This document shows, in pieces, positions 41,230-54,717 of a stretch of 64,000 nucleotides of DNA. The notes below the pieces were generated by a model that ran no database searches, was not told the origin of the DNA, and worked only from the letters and a program-made list of their open reading frames with translations. Both the position numbers and the translations under genes were made by a program. Every line of letters begins with the position of its first letter. The stretch's first letter is position 1. Source of the stretch: Octopus vulgaris. Taxonomy: Eukaryota. Location: contig OX597816.1 in NCBI GenBank assembly GCA_951406725.2, forward strand, positions 99,324,001 through 99,388,000, read 5' to 3'.

Positions 41230-41760
41230 AACGGAAGGAGAATATAAATATTTGGGATTCGATAAGAGTGACGGAGTACATCTGTAACGCTCACTACAGA
41301 AAAATCAGGAAATAAAATGTTTATGTAGCCGGAGTTGATTTGGAAAGTTGGGTCTGAAACTTGAAAGATATCGTCACGTGACAACTACCAAATATACGTC
41401 ACATATTGCTTTAAGCTATGAGAGATTTGAAGTACGAAACATTATAGAATTAATTTGACAAAACTTATATCATTGAATATTAACTATATTTGCTGACACA
41501 CAAGACAGATACGCATCTCCAATCATTGAGAAATAAAGGTAGAAAGTTTTGCATAAACGTGTGAATTGAAGTAGACATATATTCAGTTTCAAGTGCTTCC
41601 TACTATCGGTTCGAAAGAAAACATGGTGGAAGAGAGACAGCGGAAAAGACACAGTGAATACGATATATTTAACTAACAAAATTGCTGAAGGTGTTTTCAT
41701 TACAGTGTAAACAATGGGAGAGATATTGAGCATAACGAAAGGATGATAAGACAATAGCTT
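41230..41760 (+). mobile_element. Possible R4/RTE-type RT relic
   Basis: GEYKYLGFDKSDGV (YKYLG motif) at ~41237-41278; the rest is decayed. Confidence 0.35.
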
Positions 41761-42398
41761 TCAACAGTGTCAGCAAGTTCATAAATTAATATAATACAAA
41801 TAGAAGAAGCAGGAAAGAGAAAGATCTCTGATAAAAATGTTGGCTATGGATAAATACTAAGACCGTATTGTGACCACTGTAGACCATCCATGATATTTAT
41901 ATCTCACTATTTTTTCTATTCCAGAATATCCCGTCGACCAGCTGTATCACCGTGTATGTACTATCCTAAGTAAGAGCACAGAGATCGTCCCTTGGCTTTC
42001 ACAAATCCATTCAACTGTTATTCCCTTAACAGTGGCATCAATAACAACTATTTACTCCACATGTTCGCAACTTCCAAAGAAAAACTATAAAAAGGATAAA
42101 TAAAATTTCTGCGTCCAGGTAGGCCACTCTCAATTATTACTAGCAGAATTACCACACGAAAATTTATGTAACTTTACATATAAATATGTATGCGGACGAG
42201 CGCGCACGTGTGTATGTGTGTGCGTGTTTGTATATGTGTATGTATGAGAGAGAGAGAGAGAAGGGGCCTTTATCTGCAAATGCCCCCTTAGGTTTCACGG
42301 TAATCGCTTTGTGTGTTTCTAATTAGCAATTTTCATATTCCTCATAACATATACATACATACATATTTATATAAAATACATATATATATGTATTATGC

Positions 42399-42435
<37 letters not shown>

Positions 42436-43117
42436 ATGTGTGTGTACAGGCATGCGTTCGTGCGTGTGGTGGGGTGTACAGAATTAACAATTCGCTGTTT
42501 CTGATTTAGTTTTCCGTGTTCATTCCATTTTACTTTGACATTCTCGTTAGTAAGTCAGGCTACACATTTCACTAAAGCCTAAGTAAGTAATGTTTTCCTA
42601 CTCCGTTAAATATTTTCGTCATTCAATAATAGATTTTGTAATGTAAGCAATGCTGATGTTAGCAAAGCTGATTTTCCTGGACAACGAACCAACTGTTAGA
42701 ACTATTAAAAAGAAGAAACAAGGAGCCGGGAAAATACTGCATCTTCAATAGATTTAAAATTCACATTTTAACACGTCGTAAAATAATGAAAACTATAAAA
42801 ACGGTTTGAATATATGATTAAAAAAAACAATATTATGACAGTAACCAGAAATGTATATGTGTTTTTGTGTGTGTCTGTATGTTTGTATGCGTGTGTACGT
42901 AGTGGTCTTACAGGAAGCTGCATATATTGTAGTAGAGACAGGAAACGAAAGAGATTTGGTGCTCAGAGAGAGATAATCGTTACTAAGCATATTCATCTTC
43001 TTTTTGTCCCTTGGGGAGAAAATGTATATATATATATACGAATTAGCAGTAATACCTGTCGTTGATCGGGTAATTTACTTTTACTGTTTCTCGGGCTGGG
43101 AAGCTGGAAAAATGCAT

Positions 43118-44560
43118 ATATCATGTAGAAGAATAGTTCTACGGAATCCAGTTGACTGCAATGGCACTGACAAGGCTGTAGGTCAAGTGGACCATGATTG
43201 TTCATATAGAAAAAGCATTGCACGTCGTGCGTTTGTTTGACGATCTTTTTTAAGTAAACATATTTTGATTAGGAATATCAGTAAGTAATAGTCAAATGAA
43301 ATTACAAATGCTGTGTCCTGTCTGTGTTAGTGCTGAAATTCCGACAATATAGTGCAGGAATGGAAGGCAAATCAACAGTAAGTAATAGTCCAATGAAATT
43401 ACAGATGCTGTGTCCTGTCAATCGGATTAAGGTTTACTCGTCCTGTACGTGTGTATTATATAAAAACATATAATAAATGAAGTAGTAAAAAGATGGATCT
43501 CATATACGAATCTTTGTCCTTCAAGTAGCAATCCAGCAACTTTTAGTGTTTGGCCCTAACTTTTATTAATGGTCATATCAGAAGCAAAAAGCTAGACAAA
43601 TAGGTATATCATATAGAAGAATATCTTTACGACATCCAGGTGATTGCGATGGTACTGAAAAGACTACAGGTCAAATGGAACATCCATTTGTCACTGTTCC
43701 TTTTGACGTTTGAATAGGCGGTATATCGTAAATGAAGCTAGAAGAATAGCTATATCATATAGAAGAATAGCTTTATGGAATCCAGGTGGCTGTGCAATGG
43801 CACTGAAAAGGCCACAGGTGAAGTGGAAGACACATTTGTCATGGTTTCTTTTGACATTTGAATTGGACCGTATGTCCAAGGAGAATTGAAAGATTCAGTT
43901 TCGAATCTGAACAAGGGTGAGACTACGATTATAGATTTAGGTTTGTACGTGTTTCATCCTCGTTTTCTGCGGCACGTCGTTCGTTTGTTTGGTGTTCGTT
44001 TTTGACGGTCTTTTTTAAGTAGACATTTTTTGATAAGAAATATCAGTAAGTAATAATCAAATGATATTATAAATGCTGTGTCCTGTCTGTGTTAGTGCTG
44101 AAATTCCGACACCATGTTACAGGAATGGAAGGCAAGGCAACAATAAGTAATAGTCCAATAAGATTGCAGATGCTGTGTCCTGCCAGTCAGATTTAGGTTT
44201 ATTCTCCCTGTATGTGTGTATCATATAAGAGAAAAACATGTAATAATTGAAGTAGAAAAAAGAGAGATTTCATATACGAACTTCTGTTTGTTCTTCAAGT
44301 TGTAATCCAGCAACTTTTAGTGTTTGACACTGACTTACTGACTTTTATTAATGCTCATGGCAAAAGAAAGTGGGATAGGAAACTGTAAAGGCTTAAATTT
44401 GAATGGGACATTACATGGTATAACTGGTATGCGGGGAATGAAGATGGTGTCACGTTTACCACAACCAGTGAGAATATTTGCCTCGACACTCCAAGTCCTT
44501 GTAATAGCATTCGTGTATATGGAGGAAGATTTGGGTATCTTGTACCGGTACTGAGTAGTA
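43118..44560. mobile_element. Duplicated non-autonomous Helitron-derived mosaic with PIF1-helicase fragments
   Basis: Minus 44290-44500 VEANILTGCGKRDTIFIPRIPVIP..FKFKPLQFPIPLSFAMSINKSQ/QTLKVAGLQLEE; minus 43515-43585 MTINKS*GQTLKVAGLLLE; units 43118-43595 and 43752-44370 are homologous. Confidence 0.85.
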
Positions 44561-44599
44561 TAATGCACATATAATAATCAAGTCAGACCAAGTAAAGAT

Positions 44600-45790
44600 A
44601 TGATGAATACATTTAATACGTACGTTTTAAAAGCTTTAATCTAACAATCTTATTTGAAAATGGAATTACCATTGTTAATTTTCTTGACGTAACCTTAGAC
44701 ATAATTTCTCAATCATACCGCCACGGCCAAAGTCCAAACGAGACAATATATCCACAGATTCTCTAATCATCCAATTTCAGTTAGGAACAGGATAATTAAG
44801 TATATCTATATTAGGGTCGATAATCTTTCCTTCAACCAAAAGATTTTCCAGAATGATGCAGAATATTACTATGACGCCCTAAAGCTAAATGATTATGATC
44901 AAATAATGTCATGATAACACTAAACATAAGCAAGCTACTTGCACTAATAATCAGACGAGTTGAATTAACACACTAACTACGGACTCTTCCAAACTTAGTA
45001 ATGGCTTTAAGGCAGCCCCTCAAGCACTAAGTACATCTGATGCATCTATTACACTACATACGTCTCGACATCGATTAGCTACCTATGCATGTAATTGTAG
45101 CTATGATTTAAGATCGAATAATAGGAAAACTAAACGATGAGAAAGTAGTGAACCTCTGAATGCCGAGCTTCCCATAACTATATCAAACCCTGAAGCCAGC
45201 CGAAAGCATAAAAACACCAGCAAAACCAAAACTGGTATAATAGTTTAATAAACTATATAGTTTAATAAAACTAAAACCTCTTTTCTGGAGACCTTTTGTG
45301 ATCTACAAGTAAAAAATTCCCCCATTCATCATAGGTACCACGGTAATTTTAACAGAAAAACTCTTCTACGATCACGAATTTATAAGTTATCATAACTGAA
45401 TATCATAAGTACAAACTAAAATATAATTCTAAATACCCACCCCTGTTAACCAATGTGAGAAAATTAAGCCCAAATCTTCAATCCAAAGGTCGCATTGAAA
45501 TGGAAACTAAGACTGACCCATCCACTGCGCCTTCGGTGATAATTTCCCGCAACCGCTGACTTTGGTATTACCACACTCCCCATAACTTACCCAGACACTA
45601 ACACCGAACATCTCACCACATCCCAACCAGGAACTATAGTTAAAGGAAACGCTGTATTCTATCAACAAACCATGCACTCGAACACAAATATAATTTCAAA
45701 CCTGGAAAAAAGTGTCCCTTGAATGGCAGCTGCGCTCAAGTTAATGTGAGGTTTGAGTGATACATTTACCAAAGGAGTGTGTATGTTACC
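44600..45790 (+). mobile_element. Penelope-like element relic (RT C-terminus to start of GIY-YIG)
   Basis: FKSFNLTI..IVNFLDVTLDI..YIHRFSNHP..NLS..IFQNDAEYYYDALK; HRYHGNFNRKT; KCPLNGSCAQVNV. Confidence 0.85.
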
Positions 45791-45817
45791 CTTATGTTGA
45801 TAATATTTATGCTTTTG

Positions 45818-46025
45818 TGAGCTGGCAGAAATGTTAGCACGCCGGACAAAATGCTTAGCGGTATTTCGTCAGTCTTTACGTTCTGAGTTCACTTTTATGC
45901 CGAGGACGACTTTGCTTTTCATTCTTTTGGGGTCGATAAATTAAGTACCAGTTGCGTATTGGGGTTGACCTAATCGACTGGCCCCCTACTCAAAAATTTC
46001 GGGCCTTGTGCCAAGAGTAGAAAAG
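45818..46025 (+). mobile_element. SINE family B with 16-bp target-site duplication
   Basis: Flanked by AATATTTATGC(T/A)TTTG at 45802-45817 and 46026-46041. Confidence 0.92.
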
Positions 46026-46749
46026 AATATTTATGCATTTGCGTTTTTTTTTTTTAAGCTTTGGATCATTCTCCCATTTCCATTTTAATTCCTTATAATC
46101 TATATTGATATGCATATTTTTAATGACATTTTGCAGAAATAACGTTTTTGAAGTCTTTAATATCCTTGTTGTGGAGTTATTGTGACTTGATTGTGAAGAT
46201 TTTAAAATTTTCCAGCGTTGATTTGCCTGTTAATTTCTTCCGTACAATTCTAGAATTCTTTAACGTCCTATATATTCCTAATATACTGTCCCACTGCATC
46301 TGAGACAAATAGTGTGTGCTGTTAAGTTTTTAGGTGAGTGACCAAGCATCTAAAGTTTACGAATTGCTTCTCAACTGAAAATATTCTTCAAAATGATAGT
46401 CTGCCTTTCAGATAACTCAATGTGAGACAGGTTCTTTTTAGCGTAGATCTGGTCAAGCTTACGGTGAGTAAAGAGACAAAATGTCTTTTCTATCCAATGC
46501 TAGCAAGAGTATCTTAGGTGAAACTTACATACAATTTGAGATTTGTTTCTTATTTTCCTGGTGCCTATGTTTTAAATAGAGATTAGGATGCATATACACA
46601 CACATATTTATATGCATATATATACATACACATGGACATATATAATAATTCATATACGTATATACACACATATACATTTATAAATATGTTGATACATACA
46701 CATACCACTTCAAAAAATGTTGACCTAACTTGATTGAAAATAAAAGCAA

Positions 46750-47420
46750 TCCGAGAACTGATAGAATGGTTAGAACATCGGAGAAGATACCTAGGGGAAT
46801 GTGTTCCGTCCTTTTACATTCTGAGTTCAAATCGAGTCGAGATCAATTATTATTTTACTCCCTCCGGAGTCAATAAAATTAAAATTAATCATCAGTCAAG
46901 TATTGGGGTTGATGTACTTGACTTCCCAAGAAAATTACTGACCTTGTGCCCCAATTAAAAATAAATTATTACTCTCTGTAAACTAATGTTATTATAGAGG
47001 AAATCATAGATGTAGCGACGTACTAAAGGCCTTCTGTACTTAGTTCTGACTCATTGTTCTAGATTCAAATCCCGTCGAGATTAACTTTGTCTTGTACTTT
47101 GTCTTTGTCTTGTCATTAAAATAAGTATCAGTTAAGTACTAATCACACCAAATTGTGCGGGGTTTTGTCAATGTCAGAAATCAATAGCATTAGCTGTAAA
47201 AATGGTCTTTAACTTACAGAGTCGGTGGAGCGTTGGACTAAAACTTTGCCGTATTGATAGCCATATAATTCAAATGTTCTAATTTCAAATGCTGCCGAGA
47301 TAATGTCGCGTTTTATCGTACCGGTGTCGATAGCGTAAAGTGCAGTCCAGTACGGGATTGATTCAATCATCACTAAACCTATTCTCAGCTTCCAAAATAT
47401 GTGATCTTGGCTTTTGCCAG
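46750..47420 (+). mobile_element. Cluster of degenerate SINE family B copies
   Basis: TTCTGAGTTCAAAT, TTCTAGATTCAAAT and TTCTAATTTCAAAT B-box variants with downstream core remnants. Confidence 0.55.
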
Positions 47421-48011
47421 TATATAATTCAGATACTATAGTTTTCTCACATTCCACAAATATTTCTATTACACCAAAATTCTCAATACAACACACATTG
47501 CGCTAAATTTGAATACGAGTTATGTGAAAGCATCGATATAAATTTCTAATTGAACAAACATCATCATCGAATATTCGATCGCATCAATAATGTCATCTGC
47601 AATGTATCAGTCGACACAACGACATTCCTCTTTCTTTAATGTTTCGATCGAATTCATGTATACAACAGACATTACTTCATTTTCATTTGCCATCTAGTCA
47701 GTAATGCAGTTTTGTATCATAAATTATTGACATAACTATTGACTCATCATCATTCAAATGTTGCATCCGTGCTGATGAAGCTGAATGATATGATGTTACG
47801 AGGCACAGATTTATCTCTGAAGCATATAACATACATACTTCTCTCCCTCTCTCTCTATCTATCTATCTATCCATCTCTCTTCTATTTCCATTCATTCTCT
47901 CTCTTTTTAAATATGTGCGCGAGTGTGTAGAAGAATGAATGAATGCGTGTATGCCTCAACTTGTGTAGCTTATAATAGAAATACACGTGTGTATTATGTG
48001 AATATAACAAT

Positions 48012-48860
48012 CCTTTCTCCTAGAGAAACGAGGCTTGAAATTCTATAAAGGCGTGGATTTATCGATTACATCAACGCCAGTGTACAACTGATAGTTACAG
48101 GATCGACTCTGAAAAAATGAAAGGCAAAGTCGACCTCGGTGGAATTTGAACTCAGAACGTAAAGACGAACGAAATGCCACAGAGTATTTTATTCGGTGTG
48201 CTAACGATTCTGCTAGCTCGCCGCTATGTGGATACACCGGAAAAGAGAAACTGACAGAAAGCATGAGATGTATATTCATTTCAATTTTGGCGCAAGATCA
48301 CTAATTTCAGGGGAGAGGATAAGTGCTTTGCATCGATCCCAGTGCTCAACTGACACGTATTTTATTGATCCCCAAAGGATGAAAGGCGAAGTCGACCTCG
48401 GTGGAATTTGAACTAAAAACCTAAAGACTGACGTAATGCTGCTAAGAACTTCATCCGGCGTCCTAAAAGCTCTGTCAGTTCGCCGTCTACAGGAGATAAA
48501 TAGGATATTTACATACATACATACATACATAACGTGTATATGTATGTAGATATCTATACACATTTACATACACATAAGCATATAACTTCCGTCAAATGCA
48601 AGTATAACTGTAAAGAAATAGTCGCATTGGACAGCAAAGAAATACTGGTGTCAAATATTGGCACAAGGCCTGCAATTTCGGAAAAGTGTTTAAGTCGATT
48701 ACAGTAATTTTAATATTCAAATACTATTTATTTTATCGACACCGAAAGGATGAAAAGCAAAGTCGGCCTCGGCGGAATTTGAACTCGGTACTTAAAGACG
48801 GACGAAATGCCGTTAAGCATTTTGTCCAGAGTACAAACGATTCTACTAGCTCGCCGCTTT
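48012..48860 (-). mobile_element. Three SINE family B copies, same orientation (48012-48225, 48285-48487, 48650-48860)
   Basis: Each has GAAAGGC(A/G)AAGTCG(A/G)CCTCGG.GGAATTTGAACT or a close variant; the third is flanked by ACAGCAAAGAAATA(C/T)TGGT at 48631-48649 and 48861-48879. Confidence 0.85.
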
Positions 48861-51134
48861 ACAGCAAAGAAATATTGGTTTTTAATTTTGACACAAGCCA
48901 AAAAACATTAAGTACATTGAAATATGGAATACCTGCAAACAGATTTTTCTGAAAAAATTATAAATTCACATTTATGCTCATTTATGCTATATTAGCTGAT
49001 GTCTCATTGGAAATCTCATTAAGAGTTTTCAAATAAACAGAGCTACTAGCTAATGTTTTTTTTATAAATGCCGTCTTTAAGCGATACAATAAAAAATATT
49101 TAGGTCTAGTTCAACATGGAACACACCGTCTTATTACCAAAATTTCAGCGATTGGGTATTGTTTCTTTGCGAGAAACTAGCTCCTTCCTAAAATAAAGGA
49201 ACAAACTATTGTTACTTTTGTTAATAAATGCAGTCAAAAGTGATCATTTATGTCGAATATTCAGTTAAATATGATAAAATAGAAATATCGCGTAGCAAGG
49301 AGTGAGTGTAAGTATCACGAAATATGCTCAGAGATTAGTTTCTTTCGACATATACAGTACAGTTTCGTCTTTCAATAAAGTTAAAGGAAGCAACGCTACA
49401 AATAATACTGGTAAAAAGAAATGGCCTCTAGGTGATCGCGTATCATCCTAGAAATAACACTCTAATTTCCTTCATGTGCAACTTCACCATCCTTATGATT
49501 AAAAGCTGATGGTGTAGCTGCTATATTGTGTAAGAAAGCAAAAGTTAAGATGGTCATTCGAATGCACTTGTTCATTGTTACCTGATCAGGACTAGCATAC
49601 AACTAAACAACAACAATGATAATTTAATCTTTGAATCAACTTTAACTACAAATTTGTTCTAATTTGATTACAAGTTTACTCTTTGAATCTATAAATCTGA
49701 GACGTGTGTAAAAGATCAAGAACTATTCTAGAAAAAAAATTATATAGAAGTGTTAATTGCTCTTGGTTCAGAACTTTAACTGTCAGTATTATCTGTGGAT
49801 TAAAGCAATAAAGTCTATATGAGCTGACGTTATATATATATATTATAATGAAATATACATTAATGATAGATATGCATTATTAAAGTTGTTTAAGAAAATC
49901 CAGTTGTAGATACTTTTTAACTGCTAAACAAACTGAGGCAATGTACACGTAACTGTTCTGGCCAAATACACAATGATTTGAGCTCACTCGTAGTTCAACA
50001 TTCTATCAGCTGCATAGCAAATGTATGGCATCAAAAATAGACCGCTGAATAACATACTTTATTGTATATGGTTACTTTCCTTTATATTCTAATTTTAAAT
50101 TTGCCTAGGTTTTCTCTCTTACCTCTAAGGAAAGTGCTGTACTCGATATACTCGAATCTACCATTAAAGGCGGTGCTGTACTATGGCCAGATTCCAGTGA
50201 GTGGACCAGTAAAAGATAAAAGAAACCACATATAACGCAAGTAGCCTAATATAACATCCATTCAGCCATTTATTTCATCTTCACTACTCTATAAGGAAAA
50301 ACGTTCTTTCGAAATACATTGTATTAAATTGCTGAAAGATGCCACCCTACTACTTAATGGAGGGAAACATTTAAACCACAGTTTATCATCATAATACATT
50401 AGTGTTTCTTGACTTCGGTGCTTCAGGACATCTTCGTAATATGTAGGTTATACAAGTTGAGTAATTTAAATCGATGCATACATTCTTCTAAAGAAGTTTA
50501 GTGAGAATTTCAGCCGCAAAATGATAGGAATTTTTATACCGAGTAAGATATAGTGTGTGATTAAAATATGATGGACTGAACATTTTCATCATTTTCTTGA
50601 AAGAAAGTGAAGAAAAATCTATTCAGATCAGCATTCATGGAAGAAATAATAGTTGCTTCAATACATCAATGCGAAATTAATGCTGTAGGATTGACTATAT
50701 GATAACTTAAAGTCCGATTTCCTGTCAACGCGGAGACAGATGTTGTTGAAATATGAATAAGTGGACGCCAGTTTGAAATCAATGAACCAAGAATATATTA
50801 CATTGCATTATGAAGTATAAATAACCTATTTCCTACAGTTAGTAGTGTTATGTGGTTCAGGTAAATTTTGACTTTCAGCTTCTATCTGTTGGAAGCTCTT
50901 CACTTGTGCACTTTACTAAAGCAATGAATATTATTAACAGACAAATATAAATTATCAACACTTATGTCAAAAGATAAAATATATACGCTACAGAATATTT
51001 TGCTTCTTTGTTTTTCTTTTTGTGTTACTTTCGAAACATGAAGACACAAGGAGCATTCGTCTATTCTTTTAAAAGAACATAAAATTAGATTAGCATAAAA
51101 TTAGAATAATTTCATAAATAATTATTTCTTATTG

Positions 51135-51730
51135 CGGCACGCGGTTGGCAATTTTAAGGACGTTTGGTCGATATCAGCCCTAGTAAATTGCTTGTAATAT
51201 ATATTTCATCAGTCCTGAAGAGAAGAGATGACCTCAGTAGGATTTCAATCCAGAACATAAATGAACAAAACCAAAAGTCTAACATTTCCAATGAATAACG
51301 ATTCTACCAATCCACCACCATACGCATAAAGACTGAAATTTTAGGGTATGGGTGAACCGATTACTTCGGCTGCAGTGATTAGCTGGTACTTATTTATCGA
51401 TCCCGAAAGTATGAAAGGCAAAGACGACCTCAGAACTAATAACTTATAGACAAACGAAATGCCGTTAATCGTGTTGTCCGATGTGTTAATGATTCGGCCA
51501 GCTCACCGCCATTACAGGTTCACTAATAGAAATCATGTCTCCAGTCTTTCCGCAAGGTCAGCACATTTTGAAAAAAAGAGGGTGATTTAGTCGATTAAGT
51601 CGTCTCCAGCACTTGGCTAGTACTTCAATTTATCGACCCCAGATGGATAAAATGCAATGTTAAATTCGGGTTGATTTGAATTCAGAACGTAAAGAGACGG
51701 AAACAAGTAATGCAATACATTTGCTCGACG
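51135..51730 (-). mobile_element. Three degenerate SINE family B copies head-to-tail
   Basis: Repeated GTACTT..TTTATCGA..GAAAGGCAAAG and GATTC..CCA..TC.CC.CC segments. Confidence 0.7.
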
Positions 51731-52031
51731 CTTGGGTAGGAAATAAATGTCAGTTAAATCTCAGTACCCGGAAGTAAAATGCTATAAAATGTGTTGAAAG
51801 CTGAAACTTCTTAAAGAATTTCGTGTAGTCGATACAGATTTGCTTTATATGTATGCGCGTATGCATCAACATATTTCAGTGTTCAGTCACATTTTCTTTA
51901 TACATTGGGAAAGAGTGTCCTTCAGTACAGTTTCCGATTCACCAATATATTACGACTAGAATTTCACTGAAAAATAACTGTGCAAGAATTAACCATATGT
52001 AGGTGATACACATACATTTATACATAATATC

Positions 52032-52109
<78 letters not shown>

Positions 52110-52167
52110 GACATGACTATACATATATATACACATTAAATATGCAAATAGAGATGCATACACATGC

Positions 52168-52201
<34 letters not shown>

Positions 52202-52218
52202 ATCTATCCATGTATCTA

Positions 52219-52257
<39 letters not shown>

Positions 52258-52287
52258 TCTGTATCTAGAAAATGTATACACACATTG

Positions 52288-52334
52288 AATGAAATGTATT
52301 TAAATCATCGGTGATTATTTAAATACATTTCATT
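52288..52334. repeat. 18-bp perfect inverted repeat with 11-nt spacer
   Basis: AATGAAATGTATTTAAAT / ATTTAAATACATTTCATT. Confidence 0.85.
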
Positions 52335-53001
52335 TTCAAAATTTAAGAGAATCAACAGACAGAATTTAATCTTTCATGAACGCTTGCTTTCCAACTGATG
52401 TCCGTTCTGGTCCAGGCATTGCTATTGATGCGAAACAATAAAATCACAAACAAGAAATATTTCAAACCCCGTTCTATGGCTACCATCAAGTGGTTGACTG
52501 TTGCCGGTTTTCTACCGTAAATTTTATCTTTTAAATATCCTTATATAAGCCTAGTACTTTGCGTTTCGGTGACCGGAGAACGTATTCTACCGAACCACTT
52601 CTTCCAATCCACTTTTTTGACAATCAGGGAGTTCCGCACCTTACTTCGGTCCGGATCATTTTCGTTGAAAGCATCATCTGTTCTTGAAATGTAGCTTTTC
52701 TAATGCTAGTATTACAATATGCGATGGACCCTTGATTTAAAAATTCGTATTTCATAACCCGCTTGCCTCACAGATTTTCTTGAAGTCTGGCAATATGTTT
52801 CTGGTACGCTGTCTTGCTTAGAGAGAATCGTCAATATCTGCGGTCTCCTGGAACTTTACTTGTTGGCATTCTGAAAAATACCATCGGCTCCAAACTTATC
52901 CTTAATTCAAGTGATGGTAAGTCACGTTGGTGGACCTGTTTTGAAACACCCTCTTTAACTGTCTTTGCACTTTCCCACTTCCAGTAGCCCTTTAGAACAG
53001 A

Positions 53002-53968
53002 CTAGCACTATGACCCGGCAACGCCGGGTCATAGAGCTAGTTTTGTGTTTTGTTTGTTTTCGGAAATTGTGTTCGCCTTTCTATCGCATATGTTTTTTGA
53101 CGCGTTTGACTGAGCCTCTGCAGACTCTGAGCCCACCTAGAGGTGCAGCCGCACTGGGTAATTAATCATCGCAAATTTGGCAGCTTTGTTGAAGGTGAAG
53201 GAGGAGCATGTTAGAAAATCGATAAAGACCACCATGAAAGCAAACCTTCACCAACAAAATTAAATGAATAATCAGGGCTGACAAAGTTTTCAAATTCCCT
53301 AGCGAGCGGAAAAGTGTGACTGGAAATTAATTAGCATCTCAATTTTCACTCGTATCTCAAAACATAAAAGCATGAAATTTCGCTTAAGAAAATCTTTGTA
53401 TCTTAGGTCATTCGTACCTCAAGTTAGGGCTAAAAGAAAAGGTTGCAGTCAATTTAAATGGGGAAAGTCGCACGGAAAAGTTTTATTGAGTTTCCACTGA
53501 TTGATTGGCAATTTTGGTAAACTTGAATCAAATTAAGATTTCTTGCACCAAAAGGATCACCCTGATAACCCTATGCCCCTGCTGTGTAGGTAGCAAGTGA
53601 CTCAATCTTAGGCTGAATGCAAATAAATAAAAGTTATTTTTATGAAAATCCCTTGGGGCGGGGGTCAACTTAACCATTTTTCATTTTTAATCCTACTTGA
53701 ATGAAACATCCTGGGCTCCCGCTGGATAACTTAAATCAACCGAAAGCATAAATAGATTCATTGAATGGATAACTTGTGAGTATAAAGGGTCGGTTTATCG
53801 ATTTTTTTAATGGCTTTCTGGGGTGACTGAGGAAATGTAAAGATCTTCACGACCACCCTGAGACAGTTTTGAATGCCCATAGAAAATGCGAGCCTTTTAC
53901 GTGAAAAACTGGGGATTTGTATAAAGGACACACAGATACACAGACATTTTGCCGTTTATAGATATAAA
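53002..53968 (-). mobile_element. Non-autonomous Helitron (~967 bp)
   Basis: Minus 5' end A|TTTATATCTATAAACGG (decayed TCTATATATATAAA); 3' end GC-rich hairpin GACCCGGC-GTT-GCCGGGTC then GTGCTAG|T, consistent with A^T insertion without TSD. Confidence 0.75.
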
Positions 53969-54085
53969 TTTTATTTGTTAAAAGATTAGTCTCACTCTTT
54001 ATCAATTTTAGTGAATTAAAGCTAAAAAAAATGAAAATTAAGTGAATCATCGACCATTAAATGTGTATACATTTTAAGAAACACC

Positions 54086-54161
<76 letters not shown>

Positions 54162-54218
54162 ATTATGATGATCGTAAACAAACAAACGAAGATTGCGTTA
54201 GAAACGTTGAGATATCTT

Positions 54219-54493
54219 ATATAAGAATTATAGGAATGGAGTAGATAAAATCCGGGTTACACATGTTTCATAGCGAGCGGAACCTCGGAAGTGGTAATTA
54301 TCCAAGCGAGATGATCGAATCACCGTGTGTTAACATATACCACCTTGTAAAGTTCATTTAATCAAGATACCCTTGACCTTACAAGTAGCTTGCGGTATAC
54401 ACCTCGCTTCGATATATACCATTTTCGAGGTTCCGCTTGCTATGAAACATATGTAGCCCGGATCTTATCTACTCTCTTCCTTAACTCTTGTAT
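54219..54493. repeat. ~90-bp inverted repeat pair (54219-54310 / 54403-54493)
   Basis: GAGTAGATAAAATCCGGGTTACACATGTTTCATAGCGAGCGGAACCTCG matches the reverse complement of CGAGGTTCCGCTTGCTATGAAACATATGTAGCCCGGATCTTATCTACTC. Confidence 0.9.
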
Positions 54494-54717
54494 CGTTATT
54501 ATTCGCATGTCGTGGTTGCCAACCCTGGTTACCTAACGTGAAATATAAAATATTGCCTTTTTAGTTTATCGTACATCGATATGAAAAATCCTCAGCTTTC
54601 CGCCTCCATAAACTAAATTTGTGACTGAAAGTTATTTTTTATATTTACTACGGTTTGCTTGAAGCTAACATTCTTCCTACACCCCTATATTAGAATCTTT
54701 ATATATATATATATATA

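Noticed and set aside
43280-44184. Four ~44-bp repeats with spacers, superficially CRISPR-like
   Set aside because: Eukaryotic context, spacers are duplicated between units, and no cas genes; explained by Helitron unit duplication
52440-52960. Possible Tigger/pogo transposase C-terminal relic on the minus strand (AFNENDPDRSKV)
   Set aside because: Single short motif with no TIR or DDE evidence
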